DNA from: Raillietiella orientalis | Taxonomy: Eukaryota | Direction: 5' to 3' | Assembly (NCBI GenBank): GCA_036172245.1 | Contig: JAYWIR010000012.1 | Location: 1,488,001-1,552,000, forward strand | DNA length: 64,000 nt | Shown: one piece after another, positions 24,860-36,496 of the stretch | Numbering within the stretch: the stretch's first letter is position 1 | Layout of the letters: each line of letters starts with the position of its first letter | Program-made: the position numbers and the translations under genes | The notes under the pieces: model-generated | Told to the model about the DNA's origin: nothing | Seen by the model: only the letters and a program-made list of their open reading frames with translations | The model's database searches: none

Positions 24860-25600
24860 ATCGGCCGGCGGCCAGGAGACCTCCACACCCTGAGGTACTC
24901 CAGCGATCGACGCTGAGAAATGGGCGTGTCGTGGGTTCGAGTTCTTCCTGCAAGATGACGCTGGTTGTCCTGTAGACTTCGGGTGCAGCACTGGTAGCCA
25001 TTAAAACCCGATGCCCCCGATGAGTGGCTGGGATCGGGAATCGACATCCGGGTCCCTCCAAGAAACGGAATCAAGGAATGTGAGTTCCCCTCTTATTGTG
25101 CAAAGGAGCGGACTCCCCCCTTCGGGGGAGAGCCCACCGTCTCGTACCATGGAGTAGGTGTAGTACCTCTCCGGAGTGCAAAGAAGCGTGCCACTGCCTT
25201 CGGAAGCTCCCATCTGAGAAATTTCGGAAGTGCCCCTTCGGAGTTCTCCTCAGAGGAGCGAACCGGGAAGGTTCCCTTGCGGGTTACCTCCGGAGAAGAA
25301 AAAACGAGGAGGGCCCCTTCGAGGTCCCTTCGGAGAGAATAAGCAAGGAGATTCCCGCCGGGGATCCCTCCCCGGGCGTGAGAGGAACGAACTCCCTTCT
25401 ACAGAGCCCTCTCTAGACTAGGGCGGTTCCCTCCCGGGGTATTCTTCTATCCTGAAGAATCACACGCACACTTGGGTGGCGCTGAACAGTGTCAAAGAAC
25501 TGCGTAATCCACAGGGTGCGCGACGGCTCTTGAAGTACTCAGAGATGAAAAAAAAAAGCCGAAAAGGAAACACCGAAGACAGAAAGGAATCCAAAAGGAT
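24860..25600 (+). mobile_element. Long tRNA-headed SINE-like element, copy A (head degraded)
   Basis: Shares gtcgtgggttcgag..., aagatgacgctggttg.cc, the atgcccccg block, the ~40-bp gttcccttcggag array, cacacgcac..tgggtg...gtgtcaaaga and an A-rich end with copies B-E. Confidence 0.75.
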
Positions 25601-26199
25601 CTCCATCGTCCCCCAAGCATGTCCGAGGCACCAAACGGAACGGATTTCTTTCAGCAGCCTTATCGGGATACTTGCCGTGCTCCGGGGCTATTTCATAAAT
25701 CCATTCGTGGAGAGCTTCGACAGTAATAAGAGGCTGGAGCTTGAGAGGTACGGGAACTGGAAGCACACGGGCGACAACGGATCCTCGCTCCCTGCTCCTT
25801 CCCCAAGGGCTAAGATCAGGGGATAAATTTTAGCACCGAAACAGCCTGGAAAGCAGCTGACCAGCACCCGGGGGGCACGTGGAGAAGCTCATGACGGAGA
25901 GAACGCTCCCTAGCAAGTGGTCATCACACAAACAGGAACGCAAAGGATGTCTGGATGAATTCCCGAAAAGAGTCAGGGGCAGGGAGGGACGAGCGTTCCT
26001 ACATTTCGTGGGAACTTCCCCCCCAGAAAATCTCTTGGAGCTTCGAAAGTGCTTCCCTGCGTCTTTGTAATTTAATGAAGGACAAACTGAGTGGTCATCC
26101 TTCTTTCTCACCTTCTGATACTCTCCCCATCAGGCACTTCCGATTGTCTCTTTAGCAGATTTTCAATTTCGCAAGAGAACTCCCCCCCCTCTACAGAGT

Positions 26200-26800
26200 T
26201 CACCCCTTGAACCACTGTATCTGTTTCAAGTGACCCCCAACTGAGGTTTTCGTGGACCAGAGAGCTTCCTGAAGCCTTAGAGGTTCTTTCTTTCATCGGA
26301 AAAGTTGACAGCGGCTCCTTTCGGTGGAGGACTCTTCCTTCTATCGATTCCTCTATTCTCTAATTTGAGAAGAAAAACGTTTCAGCGACCTGCCTTTCGT
26401 TTTCTTTCTCCAGCCTCCACCGCGTTCATCTTGTCATCATTCGAATTCCGGTCAGCAGTGGCGTACTTGCCTTAATCTGAACATTCCTATTCCGTTAACT
26501 GAATCTAAAAAACTAGAGCTGCTGCCTAAAGTCGAGCACTCTTCAGCATGACCGCCTCATGCGCGCCCTATCAAGGGAGAGTGAATTCTTCATGTCACGG
26601 TGAAAGCAAAGAACTGCTGTCAGTGGCGACGTGGTCAGCGTGACCGCTCGTTACATAAGATCTGCGAAAGGCATCCTGGTTGGTTTCGTTGGCGAGACGC
26701 GACCCACCACCCACGCACCTACGCGGTCAAAATGACGGACGGAACCGCAAGGCGCTCGCGGTCCGTACGCTTTGCATGCTCCAACGCGAACATCAAACGC
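26200..26800 (+). mobile_element. Ty3/Gypsy integrase C-terminal relic
   Basis: VSSDPQLRFS (cf. VSDNGPQF.S), SSCHHSNSGQ (cf. SSP.HPQSNG), HPRTYAVKMTDGTARRSR (cf. PRSY.V...DG...RRNR). Confidence 0.5.
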
Positions 26801-27734
26801 AAAGATGCCGTGAAGGATGCGAAGAACAGTTATCGTCGGCAACACCGTTCCTGCTGAATGCATCTCCAGATTAATGCTTGCCGCTTCGCATGCCAAGCCC
26901 ACGAGAAGAGGGAAATCGGGCTTTTCCTTTGTCTCCCGAATCCACAAAGAGACTTTTAAAAAAACCAGGAATCGCTATTTTTCTTAGGAAGAAAGTTCAT
27001 CTCCAGAGATGCGCGACCGATGCGGCTTCCTGTGAACGACGGGGGCCTCTAAAAATTTCGTCCCCGTCTTGGAGGAGCGCTTGAACCCTGCTGCAAGGAG
27101 CTGATGAAGCGATCGTAAAGTGGTACAGAAATAACTACGCTTCATGCTTCCGTAAGTTACCTTTCGAGAGATTTCTTCCTCGTGCGCGCCTTCCGAAACA
27201 CCAAGAACCCTTTAAGCCAGAATTTCGCATTTCCGGCTCCGCTGGGAGTTTATCCATCAACATGTGCCTTTCGAAGAGCAAACGATGACAACTCCTTTCA
27301 GAGGAAGACCCGAAATCCCTTAAGATGGTTCCTCCGCCCGACCTGCGTAACTGCGAGTTAACTTTATTGTAGTGAAATTGAAACGAGCGAAATTCCCTCT
27401 TTGAAACCCGCCTAATGGAACAGAAAATTCCAAAGTGCGGAACGCTGTCGGAAGATGATAAAAAGTAGAAGCGGAAGGCCTCGTTAGGAGGAGACTCACG
27501 GTGCAAATAGGAAAGAGTTTCAGTGGTGAACGTGCCAACGGGAAAACGAGAAGCATCAGGCGTCTTCTTCTTCAGGGGGTTAGCAGAGAGGGAGCTCCGC
27601 GCGGGCGTCGGAAGCGAAGCCCTACGCACACGCCAAAGGCACGAGAGAGATCTGAGGAGCCCATCAGCAGCAGATGCGGAAACACCCTCAAAATTGCAAA
27701 AAGAATCCTTTCCGAGAAGCCTTGTTTCCTAGGA

Positions 27735-27751
27735 ACACACACACACACACA
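27735..27751. repeat. (AC)8 microsatellite
   Basis: acacacacacacacaca read directly. Confidence 0.9.
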
Positions 27752-29643
27752 AAAGCCAATGAAACAAATCTTTCTGCAACAACAGGCTCTTTCACGTGCT
27801 CCAAATGGCGATCGCAAGACCCCAGCGAACTCTTTCTGCGATGTACAAACATCAGTAAAACGGCAACGAAACGAGACTTTGCCGTGATTTGCGCGCGGGA
27901 ACCGTAACTACCCCGGACTGACAGGTATTGGCTTTGCTCCACGGAAACGTAAAGAGGGCATGTGTCTTGTCGTCAAGAAGAACTTGAGATTTTTCAATTA
28001 ATTTCTTCGGGATCCCACACCTGGATTCCTCTCTCGCCGACCGGGAAATTAACTACAGCTGCGGCTGACAGCACTCGCTTGGACACAGACAGAGGGTCCA
28101 GGAGGGAAAGGCGAGTGTCGATGCCAAGACTCGTTGCCACGTGACGCGAACTACGTAGCAGTTCACGACGTCCTGTGAATGGGAGCGAACAGCATCGGAA
28201 TATGATTTGGCTTTACAGGCTGCTCGCTCCGCGGATGGATGGAGCACAGTAAGGTTCGCGTACGCGTTTCGAACGTGGCTGGGCGCGGCACGCTAAAGGA
28301 AGCGCACCCTTTCAGAAGAGGAACGATGGCACGAGATGGCATTACTTCCCTTTAATCTGCGGAGGCAGCACGCTTTCGCAGCTCGAGTGAAAAAAGTGTC
28401 ATTTCGTCACCCCTTTCTGACAAAATTTCATCCCTCTACCCCCTCCCTCTACGGGTTTGGAACGAAATCTTCGTTTGTGAGCGCTTGGCACGATCTCCTG
28501 TCATCGCGTCGTTTCGTCACTGAGGTCCCGCCGCGCGACGTTGCGCTCCTGAAGGAGAGGCGAGGAAGAAAGCTGTTCGCGGAGCGTGCCTCCTGAACCG
28601 GTCGATTACAGTGCTCTCTTGAATGGTGTTCTCACTCGGTGCTGCTGATGCTGAAGGGCGTCCCGGCGTTTCGCTTTTCCTGCTGGAAAGGCGGCGTCTT
28701 TCTGCATCACCCAGTCGCTCATCTCCCGCGTGCTCCTTCAGTCCCTTCACAGAAGGCATATCAACCAAGCATCCTGCTCATTGTATCTTTTCTCATTGCT
28801 GATAGCCTGGAGCCATCACCGTGCTTGTGCTTCCAGCCATGACCTCCTGTCACGTCTTCGCTTGGCGTCCCCATCTTTCCTTGGAATGTGGCTACGATCA
28901 TCCGCGAACCTGCTTTCCCCAGGACACTTGACTAGAAATCGCGTTGCCTCATCCGTCCCCCCAGCTCCTATTCCTCAGGGAGGGAATTCAGGGTCAGTAC
29001 AGATTGCTCCTTTCCCACCTCGCTTCCTCTCTTTGCTTCTTTCGCTGCTGCGAGGTACCTCCGACCTTCAGCGTTCCGTCTTCCTCCCCTCACTGGCACC
29101 GAAAGCATTGAGGAACAGGAGCTTCTTGAGATTCCGAGGTCGCAGACAGACGCCGCGCATCCATCGGGACACTCTGTCCTAGCAGTGCGTTCTGTTCCTT
29201 CGGACGCCGGCAAGAGCTTCCAAAGTTTCGCTTCGAGCGTTCTCGTCGGCGACCGTTCGCTTGCTGCTCCGGGACGAACCCGCAGGACACACGCTTTTTG
29301 GCTTCCCGGACCAAATATTCCTCTCTGATCCTGCTTTCCTAATTCTTCGTGCGAGTTGCTAGGAAGCTGTAGCTGGTTTTTCGATCCTGAGCCCTGCTTG
29401 CACACATGTCACTACGACCCCAAGATCCAACGGAGCATCGCATCTGATTGGGACACAGCCATCCAGGTCTCTCGGGAGGAACGCAAAGTTTCCCTAGCGG
29501 TCGAGGGAGATGCCAAGGTGCGGAAAATTCCCAAACACTTGCTGATAGGCACTGCTGATCCTTACTCCCAGGATCGGCAGCGGCCACCTCCGGCGAACTC
29601 AGCGTCCCTCTCACAGAACAGGAGAGAAAACGGAAAAGGGATT

Positions 29644-29649
29644 TTTATT
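29644..29649 (-). terminator. Candidate polyadenylation signal (AATAAA) of the receptor gene
   Basis: tttatt on the plus strand, ~330 nt downstream of the receptor stop codon. Confidence 0.45.
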
Positions 29650-29979
29650 GTTTGCACTGGCAGCCATGGGAACGCACACGACGGGCGGGAGACGGGGCGC
29701 CTCCTTACTCTTCCAGTAAGACCACCAGAACGATGGGGAGATCGCAAGACCCCGCAGCCTTTTCCGCGCACTCGGGGGCATGTGGAAAGATACGCGGGCA
29801 TCGTGACCAGGGAGAGAAACTCATCGCCGGAGAGACACTGGGCACGCCTAACGGGAGGACACGGCACCCCGAGGGGCTGCGGTGCGAGGACAGGGAGCGA
29901 CCTGCCGCAGCCGTGGCCGCCTCGGGCGGGAGGAAGAATCCGGAAGCTTGGGATACGGGCAAGGAAAAGGGTCAGGGGG

Positions 29980-31068
29980 TCACAACCGCGTGTTTTTGAT
30001 GCAACTGGATATCTTGCACTTGCTCTGGGACTTTGGGGAGGCCATCTTGATAATCTCGTTGTTCGTGGAGAAGAACTGTCCGTTCGACAGGTGGGGCACG
30101 CAGCAGATGACCTTCCGAAAAGCCCTGCGAAAGTTCTCTGACAGGAAAGCGTAGAGGATTGGATTCACGCAGGAGTTCATGTAGGCTAGGACCTGCGAGA
30201 CCACCTGGATCATCACAGTGTGGGGATTCAAGGGGTAGGCGTCGAGGCTTCTCAGGACTAGCACCAAGTGGATGGGGCACCAACACACGGCGAACACCAG
30301 CACCACGACTACGACCATCCGTGTGACTCGCCTCTTTCCCCTGAGGGCTTCCTCCGACATGTGTCCTCCGGGAGCGGTGCCCCACAGCTTGTTCAGCATG
30401 ATGACGTAAAGCACGCAGACCAGCAAGAGAGGCATCATATACGCGGTGACGAAGAAGGACAGCTGGAAGGCGTCGTAGTTGTAGTCCTGCCTCAGGAACC
30501 GGCACATCGGAACGCCTTCGGAGTGGATCTCTCCGTGGGCAAGGAGGACGGGGACGCAGGTCACGATGATAACGGCCCAGGTGAGGGTGACCGCGATCAC
30601 TGTGTTCTTTTCGGTCCTTATGGACATCGACTCCACGGGGTACACTACCGCCAGGAAGCGATCCAGGGACATCAGCACCAGCGTGTAGATGCTGACGTAC
30701 GCCGTCACGATCACCAGGTACTGGACGCTCTTGCACCATCCGGAGCCGAAAGGCCAGTAGCTGAGGGCATAGTCCGCTGCCGTGAAGGGCACGCAGAGGA
30801 TGATGAAGAGAAGGTCGGCCAGGGCCAGGTTGATTATCAGGTAGTTGGTGGTGTTCCTCATCTGGTGGTTGAGGGAGACCACCAGGACGACAAGAAAGTT
30901 GCCAACCAGCCCCACGACGATGATGATGCCGAAGAGGATCAGAACGACGATGGATATGAGGATCTTCATGTACGGCGGGAACTGGCTGCCGCAGGCGGAG
31001 TCTTCCGTCCCGTTGCACTCCGCGACCAGGTCCAGGCTGGCAGCGGCGGTGGTGTTGTTTATCAGCAT
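29980..31068 (-). CDS. AstA-R: Allatostatin-A (FGLamide) receptor, rhodopsin-family 7TM GPCR related to galanin receptors; 362 aa, single coding exon
   Basis: Seven hydrophobic segments; GLVGN (TM1), QMRNTTNYLIINLALADLLFIILCVPFTAADY, WPFG..WCKSVQYLVIVTAYVSIYTLVLMSLDRFLAVV, RGKRRVTRMVVVVVLVFAVCWCPIH, QVLAYMNSCVNPILYAFLSENFRRAFRK, all characteristic of arthropod AstA receptors. N-glycosylation sequons NNT/NGT; strong GC3 codon bias; in-frame TGA 8 codons upstream of the ATG. Confidence 0.93.
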   Translation of the reverse strand: MLINNTTAAASLDLVAECNGTEDSACGSQFPPYMKILISIVVLILFGIIIVVGLVGNFLVVLVVSLNHQMRNTTNYLIINLALADLLFIILCVPFTAADYALSYWPFGSGWCKSVQYLVIVTAYVSIYTLVLMSLDRFLAVVYPVESMSIRTEKNTVIAVTLTWAVIIVTCVPVLLAHGEIHSEGVPMCRFLRQDYNYDAFQLSFFVTAYMMPLLLVCVLYVIMLNKLWGTAPGGHMSEEALRGKRRVTRMVVVVVLVFAVCWCPIHLVLVLRSLDAYPLNPHTVMIQVVSQVLAYMNSCVNPILYAFLSENFRRAFRKVICCVPHLSNGQFFSTNNEIIKMASPKSQSKCKISSCIKNTRL

Positions 31069-31109
31069 GCTCTTTGACCGTCCACCTCTTCAGGCACTTT
31101 TCACGTCAT

Positions 31110-31150
31110 CTGCAAGAGTGGCAGAGGTCGAAGGAAGGAGAAAGGCAGAG
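31110..31150 (-). promoter_or_regulatory. Splice acceptor (polypyrimidine tract + CAG) of a 5'-UTR intron of the receptor gene
   Basis: Minus strand ctctctgcctttctccttccttcgacctctgccactcttgcag|ATGACG; the exon would start at 31109, 41 nt before the start codon. Confidence 0.6.
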
Positions 31151-34100
31151 AGCTCTCTCGTAGCGCGGCGCGCACCACCATCGGGAGAGCAGGCGCCCTC
31201 CGAACCGAAAGTCGCGCGCCTCCCGGGAATGTGAACCTGGAAAACCGCGAGAATTCGCTCCCTGACAACCCGGAAAAAGCGTCCGCGCTCTCCTTTTCCC
31301 GATACGGGAAAAGCGAGGGGACCCTTCCTCGCCCGGCGCGCGCGCGCGGGCTCGAAGGATAGCGCATGCGGACGCGGACGCGTTGTCACGGAAACGCGAA
31401 CTCAATGCTTCCCCCACTGCGTCTCGAGGCACTGGCGTTCGCCCATCCATGGCAAGGAGGGGAGCCGCGGCGCTGCCGAGGAGTTCTCTGGCATGGCGGC
31501 GTTGCCGTCCCCTACCCTGCCGAAGGAACCGGCTTCGGGGAAGGCAGAGGAGCTGGAGGGATGCTGGCTGGCAGGGAGATGGCTCACCGCACGCCTCGAA
31601 GAACCAGGAAGTGGTCATTGCTCAAGCAGGACCATGACGCGCCCACGGAACCGGAGGCTGCCCAGTCGCTTCCCCAGCTGCTGTGAGTTGACGGACCTCT
31701 CGCCGGAAGAGTTCCCGTGCCGAACGGGTGCGCGCGGAGGAAGGGAGGGGGTATGCAGAGATGCTCGCGGCGGCGGCTGCGAGAGCAGCTCCAGGGAGTA
31801 GGAAGAGCTCCTACCACCGCGCCGACGCTTGAGTTTCCGGGAGAGATGCCTTCTTCCGCCCTGCGATTCCCGGGCGCTTCCACTTTCGCCTTGCAAGGCG
31901 ATGGGTCCACAGCGGCGCGGTCCTCGACATAAGCCGGTTGCCGGGACACGTGCGTCTTCCACCCCCTTTCCTCCTCCTCCTCCACCCGCAATGCGTTCTT
32001 CTGAGAGGCTTCGTCGGTCTCCTCCTGACCTGGGTGACTAGTGACCCTTCCTCCCCCTCCCTTTCCGAGTGACTAATAGGCTGGAGAACTCTCCAGGTCC
32101 GCGCGCGTGAGTGGGCGGGATGCGACTGCTGCTCTAGGACCCCCCGGCGTGCGTGCGTCTCGAAAACCACCGGGCAGCGACGAATCCGCCGCGACGGCGC
32201 TCGACATCTTGCATAACTCCCGGAAGATTCCTCTCTCCGGAATTCCTCAGGTAGAAGAAGGGCCGAGAGGTCAGACGCCTTCACCCTTCAGATGCAGAGG
32301 AGATCCCGGCGTAAGCAAACGCGGATTCGGGCTGAGAGGAGGAATTTGCCGAACTGGTCTGCTCGTTTCGAAGTCGAGAGGAAGCTCGGCGGGACGGTGG
32401 CTCGGGAAGGTGGAGGGTGCTGCAGAGTGGACGAGGTCAGGTGGGCCGAGGGCTTCCCACATGCCTCTCGCGAAGGCGAGTGAGAGAGGACGAGACACGC
32501 TGGACGGACCAGCGCACAGGGCTCAAAAGAACAAAGGAACAGTAGGGAGGCGGGGCATTGCAGATGAGGAAAGGAGATCACTCGGCGATTCCGGAGTGGC
32601 CCTGTCGCCCTGCAGATGGCCACTCGGAAGTGCCCACTCTCTGCACTGGCCTCGCTGCCCAGGAGGGATACTCAGCTGGCCACTGCCGAGGTCGTTGCCT
32701 AAGGCCAGGGGTTTTGCTGTTCCTTGATCGTGAGGATGGTCACTGCCCACTGCTGAGATGGTTTTTCATAGCAACTAGGGATTGCGTGCTCCTTTCTATT
32801 GGCTTCCTCTATGGTCATTGCTTTCGCTTCCGGGGTAGGAGAGAGGAGTTCGTCTCTTTCACTTGGGTTGAGACCCCTAACCTAAGGGGAGCTGAACACC
32901 CCAAACTCAGTCCCGAAATTCTCTCTTCCCGGGACTCTTCACGCGGCTCTCACCAAAGGCGGCTGAAGGATTCTCTTGCTCCGTTCTTTCCCCGGATGGG
33001 TCTTTCCCTGTTTCTGACCCAGAGCTGCCCTCCAGTACCTTCAGGCTATCCCTTCCTCGTGTCCCCCTCTCCTTTCCCAACTGCTGTCTTGACTACCTGC
33101 AGTCGTGAACTTCAGCCTCGACCTCCCCTCCAAGGCCGGCTGACGTGCATCCCTAATTCCTTTCGCATCGTCGGGACCCGAGGCGGATCTGCCTCGCTGC
33201 GCGCAATGCCGGAAGTTCCACTCCGTTGACGTCTCTCCAAGCGCTCGAGGAGCAGTCCATGTTTGCTATGGGGAGCGTTCCCCCTCTGCAAGCGCGGACC
33301 CGAACGGGGCGAAGGACCGAATCAGCAGCGGGCCCGTGTCGATGCGCCATCCGAAGGGGTGGGCGCACGAACAGGAAGGCACTGGAGGGGAGGACTGATC
33401 TCGCATGAACCCCAACGTCTCGATGGTAGCTATCGCAGCGGAGGGGGACTGACGCGTCCTTCCCGAAAATCCCTGCGTGCCGAGGATCTGGCTCGCCATT
33501 CCCCTTTCCACCACACCCTGGGGTCCTGCTTTCTCTTTGGAGAGAAGATGCCAGGAGAGCGGAAAGAGAACTCCCGCTCTTCGAAAGAAGAGTGCCCCCT
33601 GTAGGCTGCCAGGAGCACGAGGAACTACTTTTTCTTGTCTCATCACCACCACGGTTTATCGTGCGCCGCGCCCCACTCGCGGAAATTGAATAAAAGCGGT
33701 CCATTTTTCCCCGCGCGCTCATTCCATCTCTTCATCGCTCCTGCAGGAAGCCTGGCAATCAGCCGAGCATTCATCAGCTCCTCTCTGTTCCCAGTGGACA
33801 GTCCGGGTACTCCAACGGAGGGGTTCGCTGAGGAAACAGGTGTGCCTGCTCCGCAAAGGAGGCCCTCGCGCGTCCAGAGAATTTTCCTTTTCGCTCTTCC
33901 CTTTTCCTATGCTCCCTCCGGAAGGGGGAGGTCGAGCCGAGCATCCAGGCGTCTCCGGAAAGGAGGTGCTGCCCTGGCCGGCGGAGCGCGCCTCCCTTGT
34001 TTCGGGCGATTCATCTCGGGCGTGGAGGGAGAGGGCTGGAAAGCGCGCTGTGATCTGCGGGAAGGTACCCATCCTTCGCGCGCTCCTATGGATCGGGAGT

Positions 34101-34279
34101 TGCGGACGAAAGGCGGGAGGAATTCCTGCTAATGCAGTCGGCGGCTTACTCGGAAGACGGAGGTGTTCTGGGCTTCTCACCCCTCCCCTCGGGGTCATGT
34201 CGGGGGTCGTTCCCTCATGCGGCTGTTTAATGAACGGATGAATCCTCCCAACGATTCAAAGGGCTGCAAGTCGACTTAC

Positions 34280-34383
34280 CTTTCCGGAATTCCTCCCCCC
34301 TCTTCCTTCTGGATGATGACAGCGAAGGAAGGTCTCTTTGGATTAAACTCAGGACCCGCGACCCTCCGCCGCTTTCGGAGCCT
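34280..34383 (-). other. Candidate non-coding 5'-UTR exon of the receptor gene
   Basis: Minus strand acceptor tcgtcttgcgtgacttcag| and consensus donor AAG|gtaagt (34279-34274), on the same strand as and upstream of the 31110 acceptor. Confidence 0.25.
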
Positions 34384-36049
34384 CTGAAGTCACGCAAGAC
34401 GACGAGAGGCCATGCCTTCCGTTTCCATTGAGGGCTCGGTCCAGGAGCGCGGCCCGCTCGTGAGGGCTTCGTCACCCATCCGGGGTCTCGGGGGTGGGCA
34501 GGCAACTCGCATTTCAGTGGCTTCCGGACACTCCCCTCTCCCTTTCCCTCTCCTCATGCGTCTCCCCAGAGCAGGCGCAGCCTTCCTCATTTCACCTCTT
34601 TGCGGAGTTTACGCCCCCACCCAGAAGCCGAGACAGCGATCGCGATGCCATCGTAGATCGGCCGGCGCGGAGGTGGTAAGCTGCCGGACCGAGGGCGACG
34701 GGATCTCGCGGGCGACTTACTGAGTGGACCACCCACCTTCCTTGTAGCCTTCACAGGGAAACGGAAGATCGCCCCTGGAGCCTCTCCAGGTTTCCATGGA
34801 AGCGCCATAGTGATACCAGTTGCCCTTCCTTCGCCTACTTTTCGTATGGTTCCGTCCCGTCACCGTCTGCCAGCTCCCTCCCCTACGAATCCTCCCTGGT
34901 TCGAGATAGTCCGTCCTTTGGGAAGGAAGGAGAGGGATGGAGGAGGACTCGAAGCAGGAAGTAGTAGGTTCGCCGGAAACGTTTCCGGGTTGCCGAGGGA
35001 GAAAGGTGGGAGTCGGTCTCCAAGGGGATCGCGCATCAGGATCGCGTTGCCGAGTAACGAGATCGCCTCCAGCGCGCTGCCGTGTCTGGACGCGGTTAGC
35101 TTCCTCAGACTCCCGCGACTTCCGAGAGTCCCTCCGAGCTACGGGAGCAGCGCGAGCCAGTTGAGATGGAAGGCTTCAAAAGAGGGAGAGAGAGGTGGGG
35201 AAGGAAAGGGAGGAGACGGCGGTGGTGAAGTGAGGTTTTCTCTTTCTCCTCCGGCAGCGGCAGGCGTCGCGGACACTCGGGAGCGCAGATGTCGCTGTGG
35301 ACGCGCAGGTGGTCCCCCAGGAAACGCATGAAGGCTGGAGGTTTCCTTCTCACGTCAGGAAGCCGATGCAGATGACTATCCCGACCCCGATCGACACTTC
35401 TTCCTCTGGAGAGTGCGAAAGGGGAGAAGTCACAGATGCTCATGCCACCGGGCAAGCGACGAAGGGAGCCACAACTTCGTGGGGGAGATCACTCCAGCCT
35501 CTGTCTGGAGTGCGCCAAGCATTCTGCTTGTGGTGGCATTTCGGCCGCCTATCCGCCGTCAGAGATTCGAAACCATGCGGGGCGCCCCTGGTAGTGCTCG
35601 CCGGTGAACCTGCCGATAGCAGCAGGAGATACAGCGCCCCTCTTCCCGGATGCCGAGCGGCGATCCCGATTTCCTCTTTCGGGAAGGTCAGGGACCTCGG
35701 GAGGAGGCGGTGATCCAGGGTTGCCATTCGCCTTTGGTATCCGGTAGGAACGCTCGCACTGGAGGAGTCTCGTGAGAACGGGATGAAAGCGTCACCCGGG
35801 TTTGCTCTCGCATCCCTACCAGGATGCAGCTGGTGTGGAGGAGATGGCAACGTGTCCTGTCAATCCCGTGAAGCTGGCATCTCTGAAAAGTCCCGTCGCG
35901 AGCGCAAGGAGGGGTACGGCTCGCTGCCTGCCAAGTAGACGGAGAGATTTCGAATCCCCGGCTCGCCGAGATCGTGACGTGGCGGCTCTCTCCTCCTCCT
36001 TGCCTCGGACTGGGAAAACCTGGAATCCCTCCGCGCGGCAGCAGCCGGC

Positions 36050-36400
36050 CGCTGCCGCAGCCCGGTCCGGGAAGGACGCCGCTTTCAAGGACAGTCGACC
36101 GGGCTGGAGCGCGGAGACACGGAGCCGGAGGAGCCCGGTCTGCTTCCCTCAGGCAACAAGGAAGTCTCGTCTCCCGGGGCAGGGGAAGGAGCACCTCCGT
36201 TGTCGGGGAACGAACCTGGTTGAAGGCAGCGCTTGCACAGCAGAGGGGAATTGAAGCGGGCATCCCTTGTCCTCGGACGCCCCTGGAATGCCACCACCCG
36301 TCGTGGGGAAGGCAGGGAGGAGCAACCTTGGACCTCTGCGAGGGAGCTCGCGGATCCGAGGGCTTCCGGCAGGGAGATCACCTGCACCCACGATCTGACC
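36050..36400 (+). mobile_element. LINE apurinic-endonuclease relic (I/R1-like)
   Basis: LVLG...NA/HHPSWG across a 1-nt frameshift (cf. LILGDFNAHHP.WG), then TLDL and GDHL (cf. IDL and SDH.P). Confidence 0.45.
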
Positions 36401-36404
36401 GCAG

Positions 36405-36496
36405 GACTCTGTTCTACACTTGCCATCCCCTCTCGCTCCACCCCTGCCCTGACTCTGTTCTACACTTGCCATCCCCTCTCGCTCCACCCCTGCCCT
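36405..36496. repeat. Perfect 2 x 46-bp tandem duplication
   Basis: gactctgttctacacttgccatcccctctcgctccacccctgccct at 36405-36450 and 36451-36496. Confidence 0.97.

Noticed and set aside
29972..31077. Long overlapping ORFs (348 aa alternate minus frame; 269 aa plus strand) over the receptor
   Set aside because: Shadow ORFs expected from the high GC3 of the true CDS; low-complexity R/P/G/H-rich translations with no recognisable domain.
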